NCBI GenBank assembly: GCA_002104945.1
Contig: MCFH01000022.1
Location: forward strand, 752,382-816,381
Reading direction: 5' to 3'
Origin: Piromyces finnis finn
Lineage: Eukaryota; Fungi; Neocallimastigomycota
Length of the DNA stretch: 64,000 nt
The translations under genes and the position numbers were made by a program. Each line of letters opens with the position of its first letter. The first letter of the stretch is position 1. The notes beneath the pieces were generated by a model, which did no database searches, was not told where the DNA came from, and saw nothing but the letters and a program-made list of their open reading frames with translations. Below are positions 60,332-64,000 of this stretch, in pieces.

Positions 60332-61219
60332 TTTTATGATTATCTTTAATAGTTCATGATCAAAAAGAAAAAAAGAATAGCATTTCAATGCAGTACAAAA
60401 ATTGATTTAATATTATTATAATTAATATTAATATTATTATTTATTATTATTTACTATTATTATTATTTTTTTTTTAAAAAAAAAAAAGGTTACCCTTTTC
60501 TAATATTCGATTCCTTTTAAAGGTTTTATAAATTAAAAAATTGACAATTTAATAAATATTTCAATATATTATAGTATAATGTTAATAAATTAGTTTTAGT
60601 TTTATAAATAGAATTTATTTCTATCTATTCCATTATAAAACATTTTAATATAAAGTGTAGTACAAATCATTGGAAATTGTTTTTTTTAATAATAAATAAG
60701 ATTATTCATTCATTAAAAAATTTTCCGCTTCTCACCAAATTTAACTATTGAAATGTCATAGTCATAGTAATAAAAAAAAAAAAAAGTAAAATGAAAATGC
60801 TATTCAAAAAAAAATATATATATATAAAGATGTAGTTGTGTAATAAAATGGAATATAGACATAGTAGACGTTTAATTTATTGTATTAAGTGTGAAAAGCT
60901 ACCAAACATTATTGCTATTACGCTATCATCTTTTTTTTTCTATCCTTAAAAGAAATGAATTTTTATTTCTATTTTCATCGATACTTAAATTAAAATTTAA
61001 TAAAGTAATATATTACAATAGATTTGATTATAAGATGGAATCTATTGTGAACCATCACTAAATAAAATTTTTTATTTTTTACCCAAGTTACATTAAAAAG
61101 GAATTAAACTTTAAAATTTCATTCTTCCCATCGATTCATTAAAATCATAAAAAATATATATATTATTATTATTATTCTAATTTATTATTCTAATTTATTA
61201 TTACTATTATTATTATTAA

Positions 61220-61351
<132 letters not shown>

Positions 61352-62348
61352 ATAGTAGGTATTTAATCTATATTATGTCATTCTCTTATTTTTAAAAAAA
61401 TTATAGTCATTTTAAAATGATTCATTTTAGAAAAAAAAAAAAAAAAGTAGTAAAGATGGCTTTTTTTAAAAAATAAATAAATAATAATTATTAAAGATAA
61501 AAAAACTACTTGATTTTAATATAAAAATAAAACCTTTTTTAACTATTCCAAGACTATAACAAAATGACTCAAAAAAGTTCTTTTTAAAAAATTTATTATA
61601 AATATATTATATTATATTGCAATTATAATTGATAATATAATAGAATATATTAATAATATATAGTATTTTAAAAATAAAAATTTTTTCCATTATTAAAAAT
61701 GATGACACGTCATTTAGAATAAAAGAAAAAAAAATAAAATTTTCATATTCTTTTATTCTTTTTAGAATTAAAATTTTAATTGTAATAATAAATAATTAAT
61801 TAATTAATCTTTAATAGGATAATTAATAATAATTAATAATAAATTCTTATTATTTTTAAAAGTGAATCACTCTTTTTATTATTAATGCATTGAACTAAAA
61901 AAATAATAATAGATTACTTTTTATATAAGATTTTTACAATCTTTAAAAAGAAACGGTTAGATATGAAAGAAAGAAAAAAAGAACTGTCCCATAAAAACAC
62001 TTCTTATTCAACAACAACTTTTTTCTTTCTACCCTTTGACTAAAAAAATAAAAAAATTGTTTTAATATTAAAAGTTTTTTTATTTTCAATTAAATTGAAA
62101 GATTTCCTTTTTAAGATAAAATTTGGTTGGTATAAATTAAATTGACACTAAAAAACTAAAATTTAATTTATTTTAAATTAATTTTAATTTCATCAAGTTT
62201 TAACTTTTAATTTAAAAAATAATGAAAAGAAAATCTACAATAAAAATAAAATAAATTATAATAATTAAATGTAATTAACTTTTTGTACTTATCAACCTTT
62301 TTAGTTAATTAGAAAGGAATGAATAGATCTTTTTTTATGTATAAATAA

Positions 62349-62426
62349 GAAATTACTTGTAAAAAAAAACTATTTTAAATTATATATAAATATGAAATTA
62401 CTTGTAAAAAACTATTTTAAATTATA
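62349..62426. repeat. Direct duplication of GAAATTACTTGTA(n)CTATTTTAAATTATA
   Basis: Two copies (62349-62385 and 62394-62426) that differ only in the length of the A run. Confidence 0.85.
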
Positions 62427-62599
62427 AAACATTTAGAAAATCTTATTTTAGTCTAAAGTAGTATTACTAAACTTTAAAAACTCCTTTTTTTTATTTTAAA
62501 AAAAAATTTTAAAAGTGAACTTTTTGTAACACGAATTAAATTAATTTTTTTTTTTTTACAAAATTTAAAAAAAGAAAATGAATAATAAAAAAAAAGTAG

Positions 62600-62638
<39 letters not shown>

Positions 62639-64000
62639 GGCACATTTCTTTTTTAGTAAAAAAAGTTTTAAACTTAAGATTACTTTTGGTTTTAAAATAT
62701 TTTTAAAAAACTCGTTTTACACTAAAGAAAAATTGAATTACTCCTTTTGTAGCAAGAATAAAAAATGAAACTAGAAAATTTTACAGAATATTCCATCCTG
62801 TAGTAATATTATGTAGTATTATGTAATAATAATGTAAGAATAATGTAATATTATTATGTAGTAATTAGACATAAAATAATCATTATAGTTTATGTTATAT
62901 TACTTTTTTAAAAAAATAAATAAATGATGACACTTTAAAAAATACAAAGTAAATTGTGATAAGAATAAAATTAGAATGACTTATTATTATGACTGGATTA
63001 ATATAATAAAAAAAGGTAAATCTTTATAGATTTAATATTATTATTAAACATTAATTATTAAAAAAAGTATACAAGTAATGTTTACCTTTTAAAAAAAATA
63101 AACAATTTGAATTATATATTACTTAGTATTATTATTCGTTTTTTTTGTTTTTTTTTTAGTATTATGTAGTATTCCCTATTTACTATTATTATTCATGATT
63201 CATTAGTATTATGAATTTGATGAAATTTAAATGTAAATTTTTTTTGTGTGATAATAAAAATAATGAATGAATTCTATTCATTTTATTGGTTTAAATCACA
63301 TTATTTTAATATAAATGATTACTATAAAAATTAAAAATTAAGAAAAAAATAAATTTAATTTATTTTGTTTTGAAGCATCACTTTTTTTGGTTAAATGGAA
63401 TTTTTTAAAAAATTTTAATTTATTTTTTTTTTATAAAAATTAAAAAGATAGAAATTGTTTTAAATTAATTTATTTAATATACGACAATTATAAATAGAAA
63501 AGTCATTTTAATTTAAGAATGTTTCATTTCATTTAATCATGATTACTATGGTTAGTAAGTGTGTAACCTAAACTTTTTTTTAAAAAAAAAAATATCATAA
63601 AAAAAAATATTAGTTTTCACCAATAAAACACTTTCATAAAGTGATAAAAAATTAGTCATATGATGTATTTATAGAATTTAACGGTCAATGCCTTTTCTTA
63701 ATAATTTTATGTTTCCAATTACTATTAAAAGAAAAAGCTTATCATAAATGGAAATTGTTTCATCGCATTTGAAAAGGTTAGCATGTCTTATTCCTAACTC
63801 ATAACAACCCTTTGAAGATTACCTCTACAACTATTAAAAATAAAAAATTGGTAATGTGGTAAATAAAGGATATAATACTTTTATTAAGCATTACCTTATT
63901 ATTTCTACTAAAAAGTATAACTTCGTTACAAACGAAAAAAGTTTATTGTCCTATTTATCAATTTAAATCATTTGGGGAGTTGAAAAATTAAGAAAAGCAT

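Overview
Extremely AT-rich, intron-rich eukaryotic DNA. It encodes flagellar genes, fungal-type Pho85 cyclins and a bacterial-type enzyme, which fits a zoosporic fungus, most likely an anaerobic gut fungus (Neocallimastigomycota); this assignment is inference. Genes I could reconstruct by hand, left to right: the 5' part of an outer-arm axonemal dynein heavy chain (DNAH5/8, ODA2 type, runs off the left edge), CCDC61/VFL3, an uncharacterised protein with tandem Trp-rich repeats and a ParB/Srx-like C-terminus, CGI121, RPN10, casein kinase I, a bacterial-type phosphoribosyltransferase split by 7 introns, a very divergent full-length ABCA transporter with eroded ATPase motifs, and two co-oriented Pcl/Clg1-type cyclins (one with a 72-Asn run and a split cyclin box). 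There are decayed retroelements (Copia-like pol relic, 5'-truncated LINE, possible gag relic) and many microsatellites. The least explained feature is a GC-rich, apparently structured, non-coding island at about 12.57-12.93 kb. I found no CRISPR array, rRNA or tRNA. Exon boundaries and counts are hand-derived and approximate.
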